In this document: positions 1 to 14,228 of the stretch, piece by piece | Position numbering within the stretch: position 1 is the stretch's first letter | Layout of the letters: the number at the start of each line of letters is the position of its first letter | NCBI RefSeq assembly: GCF_036321535.1 | Contig: NC_087437.1 | Coordinates: forward strand, 3,224,001 to 3,288,000 | Length of the DNA: 64,000 nucleotides | From: Camelus dromedarius | Taxonomy: Eukaryota | Direction of reading: 5' to 3' | Made by a program: the position numbers and the translations under genes | Notes under the pieces: model-generated | The model's database searches: none | Told to the model about the DNA's origin: nothing | The model's input: only the letters and a program-made list of their open reading frames with translations

Positions 1-1260
1 AATCATGCTTCCTGACTTCAGACTATACTACAAAGCTACAGTAATCAAAATAGTATGGTACTGGCACAAAAACAGACACATAGATCAATGGATCAGGATA
101 GAAAGTCCAGAAATAAACCCATGCACATATGGTCAATTAATCTATGAAAAAGGAGGCAAGAATACACAGTGGAGAAAAGACAGTCTCTTCAATAAGTGGT
201 AATGGGAAAACTAGATGGACATCTACCTGCAAAAGACTGAAATTAGAACATTCTCTAACACCATGTACAAAAATAAACTTAAAATGGATTAAAGACCTAA
301 GTGTAAGACCAGATACTATAAAACTCCTAGAGGAAAACATAGGCACAACCACTCACGGACATACATTACAGCAGTATATTTTTTTGAACCAGCTCCTGGA
401 GTATTGGAAATAAAAGCAAAAATAAACAAATGGAATCTAATAAACTTAAAAGCTTTTGCACAGCTAAGGATACCATCCACAAAACAAAAAGACCTACAGA
501 ATGGTAGAAAATATTTGCAAATGATGTGACTGACAAGGGACTAATTTCCAAAATATATGAACAGCTCATATACCTTAATATCAAAGAAACAAGCAACCCA
601 ATCCAAAAATGGGCAGAAGACGTAAACAAGCAGTTCTCCAATGAAGACATACAAATGGCCAATAGGCACATGAAAAAATGCTCAGGATCACTAATTGTCA
701 GAGAAATGCAAATCAAAACTACAATGAGATATCACCTCACACCAGCCAGAATGACCATCTTTGAAAAGTTTACAAATGATAGATGCTGGAGAGGGTGTGG
801 AGAAAATGGAACCCTCCTGCACTGTTGATGGGAGGGTAGATTGGTGCAACCACTATGGAGGACAGTATGGAGGTTTCTTAAAAAACTGAAAATAGACTTA
901 CCATGGGATCCAGCAATCCCACTCCTGGGCATATATCCAGAGAAAAATAAAATTCAAAAAGACACATGCACCCCAATGTTCATAGCAGCACTATTTACAA
1001 TAGTCAAGACATGGAAACAACCCAAATGTCCATCAACAGATGACTGGATAAAGAAGATGTGGTACGTATACAGAATGGAACACTACTCAGCCATAAGAAA
1101 GAATAAAATAATATGCATTTGCAGCAAGCAATATGGATGGACCTGAAGATTGTCATTCTAAGAGAAATGGGCCGGAAGGAGAAAGCAAAATGCAATATGA
1201 CATCATTTATATGAGGAATCTAAAAAATAATGACAATAATAACAGGGATACAAATGAGCT
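1..1260 (+). mobile_element. LINE-1, 3' part of ORF2 and start of 3'UTR, degraded; continues off the left edge
   Basis: ORF fragments in shifting frames ([72 protein letters not shown]) are hallmark L1 ORF2 C-terminal motifs. Confidence 0.95.
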
Positions 1261-4200
1261 AATTAGTATTTTGATTTCTTGAATATGTGTAAGCACATTT
1301 GACTGTCCTTTATGATTGCATTACCGCATTCTGTTGATTCTTATTTTGTAGTTGGCTTTATTCCTTTGATAACTGTGTAAGTTTAAAAAGCTAAAGATCT
1401 AATCTGTTCTTAGAAACAATACTTAGTACATATATGTAAACTAAAAAAATGTGCAGTATACTGTATATATGTATTTACATGCAATATAATGTGTATGTGC
1501 CATCGAACTGTAATAATTCTACCTAAAAAAACTGAAAAAGGAGACAAAATAATAATAATAAAATAAAGACAGAGAAAGTAGGAATTTGAGAATAGGAAGG
1601 AGAAAAAGAAAGAGAAGGACTTTGACCTCTTCCGGTAAAGACGTTATCCTGTGCCAGTCTTAGGGTACATCCATAAAGAATCAGTCTGCCTGGGTGGTTT
1701 GGCAGTGAATTGAAAAGTCCACTGAGGTGAATTTTCTGATTACCAGACCTTTTCATTTATCAGAAACTCTCTCTGCCATTTACGAGGAAATAAACAGGAA
1801 TAGGAGGGGAAATACAGACATCTGGAGAGCTCTGTGGGATGTGGAGGAGCCTGAGTCCCACAGGTGACGAGGGAGTGGTCGTGTACAACAGTCTAGAACG
1901 TTCCATCGCTCAGCCTGCCGCAGGGCAGACTCAGCAAGAGCCTGTGCCTCCTTCATGCCTGGTGTCTGTCCCACCAGGCTCTCACTCAACCTGGTGCCGG
2001 CAGCGTCCATCTCTAGTTAACAACTATAGCAAACATTGGCCATTCCTTGGATTCAAAGCAAGTCTTTCAGGGACTCATAAAGCAGAAAGTGAAATAGATG
2101 GAGATGGGGCAGCGGAGGGGGTGCTGGTTGCTGGGTCACAGTGGAAGGAGAATGCAGATGTGTGGCTGGTGACCGACAGATGGGTGTCCCCGGGTCTGCC
2201 CAGCCATGGCCCGTGACACTTGTTGGCATCAGCGCTCTGTCCCATCCTGTCTTCTGCTTCTGAGCTGGAGTTTCATGATGAGATGAGATTTATGGTGACT
2301 TGAGTTTGGCTTCATGTAGAAACTCTACGTTGTGCCGAGTAGGTCAGGGAGAGAAGATGGCCAAGAGAAACATGGGGCAAATGGGAGGCAGGGCCCATCA
2401 GGGAATGGTGCCGGACACTGAACACACTCAGAGGCTTATTGTTTGTTCATTAATTTAATAAATGAGTGCTGAACAAACAGGGCATGTCTGCTGTGCCAAG
2501 TTTGGAGTGTGAAGTCAGCTTGTCCCACTGGTGTAGCTTCTTTGCTCTGAGAGAAAATAAAAGAGGTCTATTTTCTCAACAGTGTAGTGCAAACTCTTTG
2601 AAGAGTGTCTGTGTTTTGTTGGATGTTAGTATCTGTATTCTGTGAAGGGGAAAAATGAGGGTTAAATAAGTTTGGACCCTTTTAGACAAGTGAACCTGTG
2701 GATTTGCTGCAGAACTCCTCGGGGGCCTTTCGTGGACTGTGCCGTGCATCATGCTTTCTAAGAACAGGTACTGTGGCGGGGCTTCCAAAACTTCTTTAAC
2801 TACAGGTGTTTCATTTCCGGGAGCTGCTCGTCGGGCTAGCATATTGTCGAGCTGGCGTCAGGGATGCTGCTGGGAAGTACCAGTTGTTCCATCCGGGGAC
2901 GAGCAGCGATGTCTGACTGTCAGCCGAGCACTCAGCCTGGCTGGCTGCGAGGTCCCCCTGATTGGTATTTGTGTCTAGAGGCACCTGGGCTGGCCCGTTT
3001 CCTAAGATCCCATTTCCTGGCATGACCTCGTTCCATGGTGTTGCATCCTTTAGGGAACTTGGTTTTCAGAATTTTGTTTCAGATGTGTCACTGGACTCTG
3101 TTCCTCTGTCCACGAGGAGAGAAGGGTCCTTTTCTGTGCCTTGAGAATCTACCTATAGGGTACTTCTCAGGGATTATTTTGAAATCCTCTACCAAAAGGC
3201 ACCACATGAATGTCATTAAATCTCTTGTCATATTACTCCTGATTCTATGAATTTGGACCAAATGATGCAAAAATGCCTCCAGGTGTCAAGTGGGGGGCTT
3301 TTCTGAGGGTGAAGAGCTTGGAAAATGCCCATCTGAACAAGGCAGCCCCCAGTTGTTACCATGTGTGAATGTAGCGCCAGGTTACCAGATAATCTGATTT
3401 TTTCCCAGAGGGAGGGGGCAATAGAAATAGCACCTCTTTTATGTTAATGAAGGGAAGACTACTTTCAAGTGGGACAAATAAAACACCTCCAAGTTAGCAT
3501 GAACTTGCTGACTATCAGGCTGTGACCTCTTGATTTTTACAATTAATCAAAACCATGATCTCTTATTAACTGAAAAAGATTTACGCCAACACAGTAGATC
3601 TTTGCACCCACACAATCAGCCAATAACATACGCAGTCCTGCCCCCACCAGAATGAACATTTTAAAGAGTGTAAAATTCAGCTCAGGTGGAAGCTGAGTCT
3701 TCATGGGAAGAGTCCACCGTTGGTCTGAAGAAGAGCTAGTCAGCAGCGGGCTGTGGTTTGGTTTTCTGTGTGATGGACAGGGACGTAAAATTCCCCTTCT
3801 TGGCCCCACAAGGAAGAGCAGATGGTGTTCCTTCCAGGAGACCCTCCCTCACCCAGGGCCCTGCGTAGGAAGGGACAGGCCGGGAGGAAAGCACGAAATG
3901 CAGGAATCTATCAAATCCTCTTTGCTGGATGATGTGTGTACAGGCATGATATGGTCAAAAATGGTTTCCTTTCATTTAATTGAGAGACTTTCCCTGTACT
4001 CTAATGAAAGCGGGGGAATGTTTTCCACAGTTTGCGCTCACGAATGACTCCGGGGAGTATCCGTTGAACAGTGTTGCCCTCTGAAAGCTGCCTGTACTCG
4101 GAGGCTCCGAGGACCTGTAAACTGGAGGGATGGGTGTCTCCTGCTGAGAAACCCTGGAGGAGCTTGGTTTACCTGTAACCTGGTCCTATAAGGCCTGGCA

Positions 4201-5056
4201 GACTGTAAATTGTGCTGAGTGTCCTTACCTGTAGCAGACGGAGGAGAATGTTAGTGGTGGGGGGTCCAGGCAGGAAGCAGATGGCATCCCCGGGGAGGTG
4301 CACCCGAGGGTTAGACTGCACAGCGGGGGCTCTTCTTGTGAGCATGGGCAGAGGTGCTGTGGCCACAGCAGGAATCACTCCCAGCCGGGTTGGAGGGGCC
4401 GGGGTAGGGAAGGGACTGTGTCACCAGGCCCCGGTGGAGGCTCCCTTTGTGGACGGCGTCGCTAGCGGATGGTGTGTGCAGCGGTGTGGGGACACGGCTG
4501 GGCCCTCCTTCTTCCCGCTTGCTGAGCCCCTGCCCAGTCCTCCCTGTGGTGGACTCCACCCAGACCCCAGAGGGCAGCCTCCGGGGCGCAGAGTGGAGCA
4601 GAAAGTGGCAGATGTGTGTGTGTGGGGGGTGGAGCATCCTTGTCACAGGGGCCAGGGGACTGAACCGGCTCCGTAAACATCCCGTGTAAACCCAGTGAAA
4701 GGCCCCCTGGATACCACTGGCAGTTTGCCTTCACAGCCTCGTCATTATGCTGGGGGTCATGAACTGTGACCCTCCCATCAGAGCAGGGGTGGCAAACACG
4801 GGGCATCTGCGTGGTCATCTCCCCTTCAGTGCCCATTGGACACTGGGCATTGAGGACAGATTTCTTCCTCCTGAGCCCAGACGAGCCCTCAGACCCTTTC
4901 CCACCCTAAGTTTCCAGGTACCCTCACTCTCACTCCGTCTTTGTCGTCCTGTTACTTAATGATACAGGAGGCTCCAAACCCTTAAATACAAAGCTGCAGA
5001 CGGTTCTGTCTGTGATTTTCCTCCTTGAAACACGGCTCTCTGAAGGTGCATCCTGA

Positions 5057-5596
<540 letters not shown>

Positions 5597-5761
5597 TAAC
5601 CTGGAGCCTCTTGTGACTTCCCACACACCGTCACTTGGTTATATATAACAATGTATTTACACGACACCACAGAATCAATCATTTTCTCTTCTGAATTCCT
5701 TCATTCTGTCAGTCACCCATTCGTGGAGCTCCTACTCTGCTCTGGTTGTGTGTGTGCTATG

Positions 5762-6150
5762 AGTAAGCCACAAAAAGAAAGAGAAATACCACACAATATC
5801 ACTTATATGTGGAATCTAAAAAAAAATGAGACACAAATGAACTTATTTACAAAACAGAAACAGACTCACAGACATAGAAAACAATCACATGGTTACTGGG
5901 GTTGGAGGAGGAAAGGGATGGGAAGGGGTAAATTGGGAGTTTGGGATTAGCGGATACTACTATACATAAAATAGATAAACAACAAGGTCCTTCTGTACAG
6001 CACAGGGAACTACATTCAATATCTTGTAGTAACCTATAATGAAAAAGAATGTGAAAATGAATATGTGTGTGTATATGTATGACTGAAGCATTATGCTGTA
6101 CACCAGAAATTGACACAACATTGTAAACTGACTATACTTTAGTTAAAAAA
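5762..6150 (+). mobile_element. 5'-truncated L1 3'UTR (artiodactyl/camelid type)
   Basis: aatgaacttatttacaaaacagaaacagactcacagac ... ttgtaaactgactatactt followed by an A-rich tail; same sequence family as the copies at 15687 and 26431. Confidence 0.9.
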
Positions 6151-7437
6151 TACATGTGTATGAGCAAAAAAACAATAAGAAAAAATAAAATATGAGGAAA
6201 AATAATATCCTGATACATTATGTTTCCATCTCCCAACTCAACTGTGAGAAGCCCACACGGAGATCTTGCTCATTCACATGTATTCCAAGCCTCTGGTGCC
6301 AAAAAAATCACCCTGGAGAGGGCTCAGTCAATACTGGTGAACGAAGAAATGCTTACTTAAACCTCACAGCAGTGATGCGGTACGGATGTCATCGTTACAC
6401 CCATGTGTCAGGGGGAAACCAGAACTCGGCGAGCACTGACTTACACGGCCCCACACTGCTCAGGGGCAGATTAGACCCCAGCGAGTCGGCCGTGCCCCAA
6501 GCCCCGTCATCTTGCTGTTGACACCTCTCCTCGTTTCCTCCCCTTCCTGCGGCACCCAGAGCTTAGGTAGGTGCTGAGGGGACATGCCAATGAAGAAACA
6601 GTCCCTGTGCCCAAGACTCCCCTATATACACCCCACGTAGGGCAATTCAGGATGCCCTCTAAGCTGTAGTGGGCGGCGTATCCTGGGCTTGTGCACGGGG
6701 CAGTGGGCCTGCGGGGTGGGGAGGGCTTTCTGCTAGGTGGAATAGAGGAGCCACTGTGGGACCAAACTTTGGAAAAATTTGGGCCAGGAGTTGAAGGAGG
6801 AGGCGGAGGGAGGCCCTCTCAAGTGAAAAAGCAATGTAAACGAGGTGTTGAGGTCAAGGGGCCAGTGGTGGGAGGGCCAGCCAGTCTGAGTCAGGGTCAG
6901 ACACTGAGTTACGGGAAACCAGTGCAGCTGCAACTTCAGAGCCCCTCGCTCTCCTGGACCCTTCCAAAGCTCTGTCATGTGCTTATGTGGAGTTTTGTAC
7001 TTGTTCTTAAAGAAGGATTCCAAATTATATAAGCCTCCACCCCGCACAACCGGCCCTGGCCCCGTGCAGAGGGAAGGGTCTTGTTGAGGGGCAGCAAGAG
7101 TGCGTCTGCCTGGCAGAGGGACGGCGGGCATGCCTGCTGGTCTGCCCGTTCTCACCCTGCCTCGCGCCACCTGTCCCCAAGGGAGATGTGTCCCACTGAG
7201 TGCCGAGTGACAGCGTAGGGAGTGCCCTCAATTCCAGCCAAGGCAGTTGTGGGCTTCCTAGACTGTTCCTTGTCCTGTCAGCGAGAGCCAAAGCTGACTG
7301 CGGGGGTGCCGCTGAGGGGAGGCGGAACCCGGGCCGTTACCCACAGTAGAATCTCTCTCAACTTTCGAAAAGAGTTGACAGCAGATAGTCATAGGGTCCT
7401 GCCAGGTACAATGCCCTGTAAGCAGGGAGGGAAGTTA

Positions 7438-7535
7438 GGAAGGAAGCAAGGAAGGAAGGAAGGAAGGAAGGAAGGAAGGAAGGAAGGAAGAAAGAAAGAA
7501 AGGAAAGAAGGAAGGAAGGAAGGAAGGAAGGAAGG
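7438..7535. repeat. (GGAA)n / (GAAA)n microsatellite
   Basis: About 10 consecutive GAAG units, a GAAA interruption, then about 7 more. Confidence 0.95.
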
Positions 7536-10096
7536 GATGAATGGTGGATTTGTGATGGAGCTCTGTAATGTATAAATAAAACTAAAAGGTGATTAAAATG
7601 GCATTTTTATAGATGTAAGGGAGCCACTCTAAGATTCTCCCTCAGACAATGGGCATCCTTTCCGTGTATAAAAGTTATATTCTGTCCCAAGAAATAAATG
7701 TATTTATTTATAATGAGTTCCATTAAGAGTTGTGTGAATCAAAGATCCTTTTCACACAAAGCTCTGGTCACTTTGTCTGTGAGTGTCCCTCAACTGGTGT
7801 CTCCCACGAGGCTCATCTTCCCAACACCCAGCAGCCTCGACCCCTGTTTGGTGTCAGGCATCGTGCCAGGAGCCAGCGATAACGTGGGGGCCCCAAGAAG
7901 CTCACAGTCTGGTTGGGGATAACCATGTAAAGCAAATCACGACACAATCAATTAAACCACAGCCATTGTTGGGGAGATGCACAGAGAGGAGAGCAGACAT
8001 TGGGAGGGTGGCATCAGCTGGACAAGGGCTCCGAGAAGGCTTTCTGGAGGAAGTGGCATTTACACTGTACCTGCAAGGGAGACTGAGCATGAACAGAGAG
8101 GACATACATTCCAAGCAGATGGATGTCGCATGCAGAGCCTCTGGACTCAGGGAGGAGTTGGGTGTTTGGTGCAGAGCATCTCTGATTACCCAAGGCCAAC
8201 TCTGAGACAGGAAGTCAAGGGGTGAAGGAAGTACCACCATGGGCGGAGAAGCGAGGTCAGAGAAGGAGGGCAGCCTGCAAGGGCATGCTGTCTGGCCAGC
8301 AAGCATGGTGGACAGCTGGAATGTCACTGGGCTGGGGACATCCTAGATGCCAGGGTCGAGGGAACACCACAGAGCGATCCCCCCCTCGGGGTGGGGGCTT
8401 TGGTGCTTGTGCATGTGCTGTTCCCACACTCTCATCAGTCATCGAGGGCTGTTCCCAGGGTGGAGACATGCACCCCCCCATCCCCTTTGCCAGACATTGT
8501 TTTAGGGGTGGCCCTGTGGGCAATTCTAATCAACGAGATCTAAGAATTTTTCTTGGAAAGATTTCCTAGCCTGAAAAGAAGAGACACACACGAAGAAGCA
8601 ATTCTCGTCTGCCTGTGATTCCTGGAACCACTTCAGCCCTCGCGCAGCCAGGTGGCGGGGAAGAGCAGCCCAGGGGGAGGTCGGAGTCCTGAGAGTTGGG
8701 GGGGCAGGCCTGACATCCTGCACCTGGAACCCCCTGTCTGTGGGCTCCTCACAATGAGAGAATACTGTGTCTTGCTGCCAAAGCCCTTTGGGTGGGATTT
8801 CCCATTCCTCGAGTGAAAAGCATCAGATGGCGGGACTGCCTGGGGTGGGGTGCAGGGATCCAGGGCGGGGGGAGCAGGTATGTGGGCTTAACTTTCTTTG
8901 TCTTTCACAATGAAGACTAGACAGACGTGAGCACTGAGCGTGAGTGACCGGTGGTTCTGATGCTTTTGAAAGGGCTTCCAAACTGGTAACTTCACTTGAC
9001 TTTCTTGACGTCATAGGAAGGACAGGTGTCATTACCCACATTTTATAGTTGAGAAGACTGAGAATCGGAGAGTCATTGTCTTGACAGAGCCAAGACCACA
9101 AGTCAGGAGTCTGATCTTTAATCCAGAGCTCTTTCTTCTGCCAAGATTTAGAGAAGGGTAATGCGGGGTGGCCGCCTGTCCTGAGAATTTTTTTTAACAT
9201 TGTGGCCTAGAGGAAGGACAGAGCAGCGCATCAGCCATGATCCCCTGGACACACAGCTGCACCGCCAGTGAAGTGCCAGCTCTCTGGGTACCACGTACAT
9301 TCCTAACAACCAGCCTCTCTTGGTATCAGCCATCTCTTAGATAGCTGCCAGTGACCTTTCCAGTTTGGGGCGGCACACTTTAGCTTAAATCAAGCAGAAT
9401 GTCTCATCTCTGTGGCAATAGTGATTGGTTCTGGGAAGGTGTGCAGTGAATCAGGCATAACGAGACGTAAATGTATGCTTGCTGGAGCCTTCTGGGAAAG
9501 ATCGGTGAGGCTGTGAGGTCCGCAAATGGTCCTTTTCAGGAAAAGAACCTGGAAAGGGTGATGACATGATAACGTGGGGGAAGAGGAGCAGAAGCTGACA
9601 CCTCAAAAGGAAGAAGGAGAAATCAAGTGACAGTATTTGCGCACTCGGTGGAATCCTGTCTGAAGCCAGCCTTTCTTGGGAATTTCACCCAATAGCTTCC
9701 CCTTGCTGTTGGAACCACTGTTGCTGATTCTTTCCCCCCACTTGCAATGTGGAAGTTCCCATGGACCCCTCTCCCAGGCCGCAGTGGCCTCCCCACTCCC
9801 AGCTCCTGTCACCCATCTCCACTTCATTCATTTACAGCTCACTCCACATGGCCTTCAGAAGTCCATTTTTATCAGTTCGTTGAAATAATCTCTCTCTTAA
9901 TTAGCATTTACGTTTGTGCATATTTATCTGATCCCCAGATTACAAGTCACTGACGCCAGAGGCCACATTCAGCACTTCTCTGTGTGTGATGCAGCATCCT
10001 GTGTTATAAATCACATGTGCTCAAGTCAAACTAGTTAACTTTGAAAATGTCAGATCAGTATGAACTTGATTTGGACACAGTAAGTTTCATTCTTTC

Positions 10097-10800
10097 CTTT
10101 ATTCATTTTTTTCAACAAGCATTTAGCAAGTGCCCCAGATCTGCCAAATACTTTGCTGGGTACTGGAGGCACAAAGATGAAAAAGACAGGGGCCCGGCCG
10201 CAGAAGAGCTTATAATTAGCTGGGAGACACAGACCAGTAAATAAATAATCAAAATGCATATTACTGAGTGCTACGGTGAGCTGCATTCTGCTACAGGGGA
10301 AAGGCTTTCCCCCGCCTGGAGGGAGTCGAGTTCTCACAAGAAAGGTTTCTCACTCTGTCCTGAACCTCAAGGAGTGAATAGGGATTCACCAGCAGAGAAG
10401 AGATACGAGGGCTCTCTGGGCAGAATGAGTGGCACGCGGAAGCACAGCAGCGTGAGGACAGGGAATTCCCAGTGACTTAGCAGACAGGACAGTCCAGTGA
10501 GATGGGAGAAGGGTAGAGGAGGCTGGACAGCAGCGGGGAGCTGACCGTGGTATTCTCCTGAGCCTTTCTCTAGTGTCTGGCGAGTTTGGACTTGATGCAT
10601 TGAAGCCCCTGTGGGTTTCAACGAGGGGAAGGCCAAGGTTGAATGTGCGTATGAGAAAGACCGCTTTGGCATCCCTGTAAATGGTGGGTGGGAGGGGACG
10701 GATGTGGAGGCGGGGAATCCAGGTAGGACGCTGTTACTGTAACAGGAAGGCGATGAGGAGGCAGTGGTGGTGGTCATTGAGGAGAGGGGCCCCGAGGGAG
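10097..10800 (-). mobile_element. L2 relic
   Basis: Begins attcattttttcaacaagcatttagcaagtgcc (reverse of the L2 3' end), followed by a typical purine-rich L2 body; highly diverged. Confidence 0.6.
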
Positions 10801-12179
10801 TCCGTCCAAGAGCAGAATCAGGACTGGGAGAGGGCAGGGGTTCGCTGGTTTCGAGCTCAGTTCACCGGAGGGGAATCAGACTGAGGAGCGGGATGGGGGC
10901 AGAATGGGATGCTGGCATGTTGAGCTGAGGGTGTCTGGAGAATCCAGAGGAGACCGCCACCTGGGGGCCTGCCCACGTGGGTCTGAAGATGGTGCAGGTT
11001 TGGGAGCTGACTCCCTGCAGGTGGTAGCTAGTAGCACAAAGCTACGAGATCCCTCAAAGAAGGATGTTTTATTTTTATTTGGGGAAGGAAATTCATTGTA
11101 CATGCCACATATGAACAAATCATAAAGGATTTTTTAAAAACCACTGCATAAATAAGAACATTTCCATTTTTTCAGATAAAAGTGTGAACTTGATGTCTTG
11201 AAATCAGCCTCCTTGGTTGGGTGTTTCCTGTGTATAGAGTGATATTCCAGGGCAGACCTCCTTTACCCTCCTAGTCCACAGGTGGTGACCCTGTGGCGTA
11301 GATGGGGGTTTTTCTCGTTTTTCCAAATTGTTCTTCTCTCTGGTACGATCAAGCAAAAAGAAAGTCACTAATGTTATCCTTCCTCATAACCTCGTTGGCA
11401 AGAGAAGACTCCTTTTCCTTGCACTGTTGAGTCCGTCAGGGGATGGCTGGACGCGGAAGTTGGAGGAATGGCGGGGTCAGCGTCCGAGGTGCTGGTCTAT
11501 GATGCTCAGGTGTACACACTGCGGAGCTGGGGTCTAGAGTCAAGCCAAGCTCAGCTGCTCTCTGGCTTGTATCCAGAAGCCAGATCCTGCAGCCCTTTAA
11601 TCCCCAGTCTCCTCATTTGCAAAACAGAGACAAGAATAGTGAGGAAATACATATCAGATGCTCAGCAGAAAGAGCGCACAGGGTCTGGGAGCTGTTGATG
11701 AGGAGGAAACCTAGGAATTGCTGGGAAGAACAGACCCTTGTTGGGATCAACCTTGTTTCCGAAGTGAATGTAGAAGAAAAAAGGGTGAAAACGTTGTGAC
11801 AGAGCCCACGTGCTGGGCAGTTAGTGAAACTGAACTTATAATAAAAATACTTCCTGAGTTTGTTGCATTGTTCCTTTAGTCAGAGAACTCAGTGTGTGTG
11901 TAACATGCACTCTTACCAGACTCTTTTTTTTTTTAGTAAAAATGGTTTCAGGTAGGATCTCTGAAGTGCTTTGCGGTAGGTGTTCGGTTCCTATCTCCCA
12001 CAGCTGAAGCCCAATGGGAAAGACACACCCAGGCAGAAAGTGGCGCGTTTCAGAGCCTGTCTCCTCAGGGTGGGCTGTCGCCAGGCCCTTGCTCTGTCCA
12101 TCCGAGTTGGTCGCATTCTCACACTTCAATGCGGAGCAGCCAGACTCGTGGTCTTTAGGAAGGGAAAACAGCAGCCCTC

Positions 12180-12605
12180 AGCATGCTCAAAACTGGCGCG
12201 GGCCGCGAAGTTGGGTGCCAGCACGGCAAGCGACTTAGCGCTGAGCAGTGATGCCAAGTGCAGGTCCCCGCACTCCGGGAGCACCCAAGGCAGCGCTGCG
12301 TGTTCCCGCAGATGGCCGAGGGGGCGGATCCCAGAGACCCGGGTTCTCCTGCTGGGCGAGCGTGGGGACCACCCTGGGGTTTCTAGAGGCTGAGAGGAGA
12401 CCGGCGCTAAACCCCTCCTGCTGCACCCAACAGAGGGCATGGCCAGGAGAGCCATGAGCCTCACTCTCTCCAAGAGCAAGCGGGGCGCGGTCCTCTCTGC
12501 CCCTGCTCATAGCGCACTCATTCTTCCGCAGGTCTTCCGCTCAGTCGTGCGCGGGTGCAGTGCACAGTGCGTTGGCGAGAACAGAAGCAGCCCACAGAGC
12601 AGCGA
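12180..12605. promoter_or_regulatory. Short intronic CpG island-like segment
   Basis: Hand count gives about 30 CpG in 12181-12600, with high GC. Confidence 0.55.
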
Positions 12606-12759
12606 GCTTTCTCCCATTCACTTTCTTTTTGCAGCTTAAAAAATTATTTTATTATTCATAGTTCATGACTTTGTGGGTCAGGAGTTTAGGCAAGGCTCAA
12701 CTATATAGCACCCACCAAGGACACTTAAAGACTTTCCAGTTTTTAATTATTTTGGTTAA

Positions 12760-13070
12760 GTTCTATATCTGGATGTAACTCTCTTCTCAGATACATGATT
12801 TGCAAATATTTTCTACCATTTTGGGGTTGTCTTTTCATTCTTGTGTATCCTTTGAAGCACGAATGTTTTAATTTTGAGGAGGTCCAGTTTATCTCTTTTT
12901 TTCCTTTGGTTGCTATTTTTTGGTGTCAGATAAGACTTTGCCTAACCCAAGGTCTCATAGGTTTACTCCTTTACTTTCTTCTAAGAATTTACTAGTTTAG
13001 GCTGTTGCATTTAGGCTGTGTTCTATTTGGAATGCATTTTTGTATATAGCATAAGATGCACCAGTTACTT
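12760..13070 (-). mobile_element. Old L1 (L1M-type) ORF2 fragment
   Basis: tttgcaaatattttct...ttgtcttttcattc...tccagtttatct resembles antisense L1 ORF2. Confidence 0.7.
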
Positions 13071-13171
13071 TTTTACTTGCTAATTTAATCAATTCTTTTA
13101 ATTCCCTACTTTGCTTATTTTCTGAACTGTTGTTCACTCACTCACCATTAAAACTCTCTGCCTATGGCTTC

Positions 13172-13293
13172 TTTTTTTTTCTTTTTAAACACCTTTATTA
13201 TGGTATGGTTCCTGCACAGTAAACTACACATATTTCAGATGTACAATTTGACAAATTTTGCTAAGTGTATACACCATGAAACCACCACCACAA
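13172..13293 (-). mobile_element. L1M-like 3' terminal fragment
   Basis: Poly-T, then tttattatggtatggttcctgcacagtaaactacacatatttcagatgtacaatttga...accaccaccacaa; near copy of 50746-50850. Confidence 0.75.
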
Positions 13294-13602
13294 CCCATTC
13301 ACTTTATTTCCCAGCCACTGGGCTTGGCCCTCGCCATACCTCAGCTCTTTTAATCAACACAGCATCCCTGGGAGGTAGGCATGCCCACATCCCTTTCTAC
13401 ATTTGAGGAGGCTGGGACTGAATGAAGCCAGGTAGCTTATTCAAGGTCACAGAGCTGGTCAGTGGTGGAGCCAGAACTTGGGGACAGATCTCTTTGGCTT
13501 CTAAGCTCTTCATGGTCTTTTCCACGTACTCTAATAGCTTATCACTAATGAGTATAAATTAGGATGCCATGCCTATTCATGCAAATCCAGGTTGGAGTTT
13601 AC

Positions 13603-13607
<5 letters not shown>

Positions 13608-13646
<39 letters not shown>
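13608..13646. repeat. (TG)19 microsatellite
   Basis: Perfect TG run. Confidence 0.97.
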
Positions 13647-13649
<3 letters not shown>

Positions 13650-14228
13650 AAGTTTGTTTGTTTGTCTTGTACAAAGCTGGTAGAGAAAACATAGGAATCC
13701 TCTTGGGAAAAAAATAGCTTTGGTTATCTTTCCTCAATGTTTGCATCTTGAATTCACTTTACATATAACATGGCTTCTACAATTAAAAAAATAAATGAAT
13801 ATAACATGGCTTCTTAAAAAGTACCAGTGTGTTAACCTCCCCAAACCAGAACCTTACAAATTCAGTTCCCGGAAGGTGTTCCCTCCTGGCCTTTCACTCT
13901 CAGCCATGTTGAGCGAACCCATTATCCAAATTCGGTGATTGCCCTGGGTTCTATCATTACTTTCCTCGCAGGCATTTTCTGTCCTCCTTGGCTTGGAGGG
14001 CAGTTACACTGTGTGAAGACCTCCTCTCTTCACTGTCACGTGTCTGCCCTTTAGTGGCTGTTTTCCCCCAAAGGTCACAGAACTTCTGTTAGAACCAAGA
14101 GCCTCCTACTTCCTGTCATCATAAATGAGCAGGGAAATCTGTTGTGACCCCTCAAAGGGGCCCAAAACCCTCTGGGGGGCTCTGACTCTATTCATGAGAA
14201 CGGAATCAGGTCCCATCTCCTCATGGAG

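Noticed and set aside
1..1200. Functional reverse transcriptase/L1 ORF2 gene
   Set aside because: Multiple frameshifts and stops; a dead copy, like the other L1 fragments.
12312..12328. CTCF-like motif tggccgagggggcgg
   Set aside because: Only the AGGGGGCG core matches; the 5' half deviates at several key positions.
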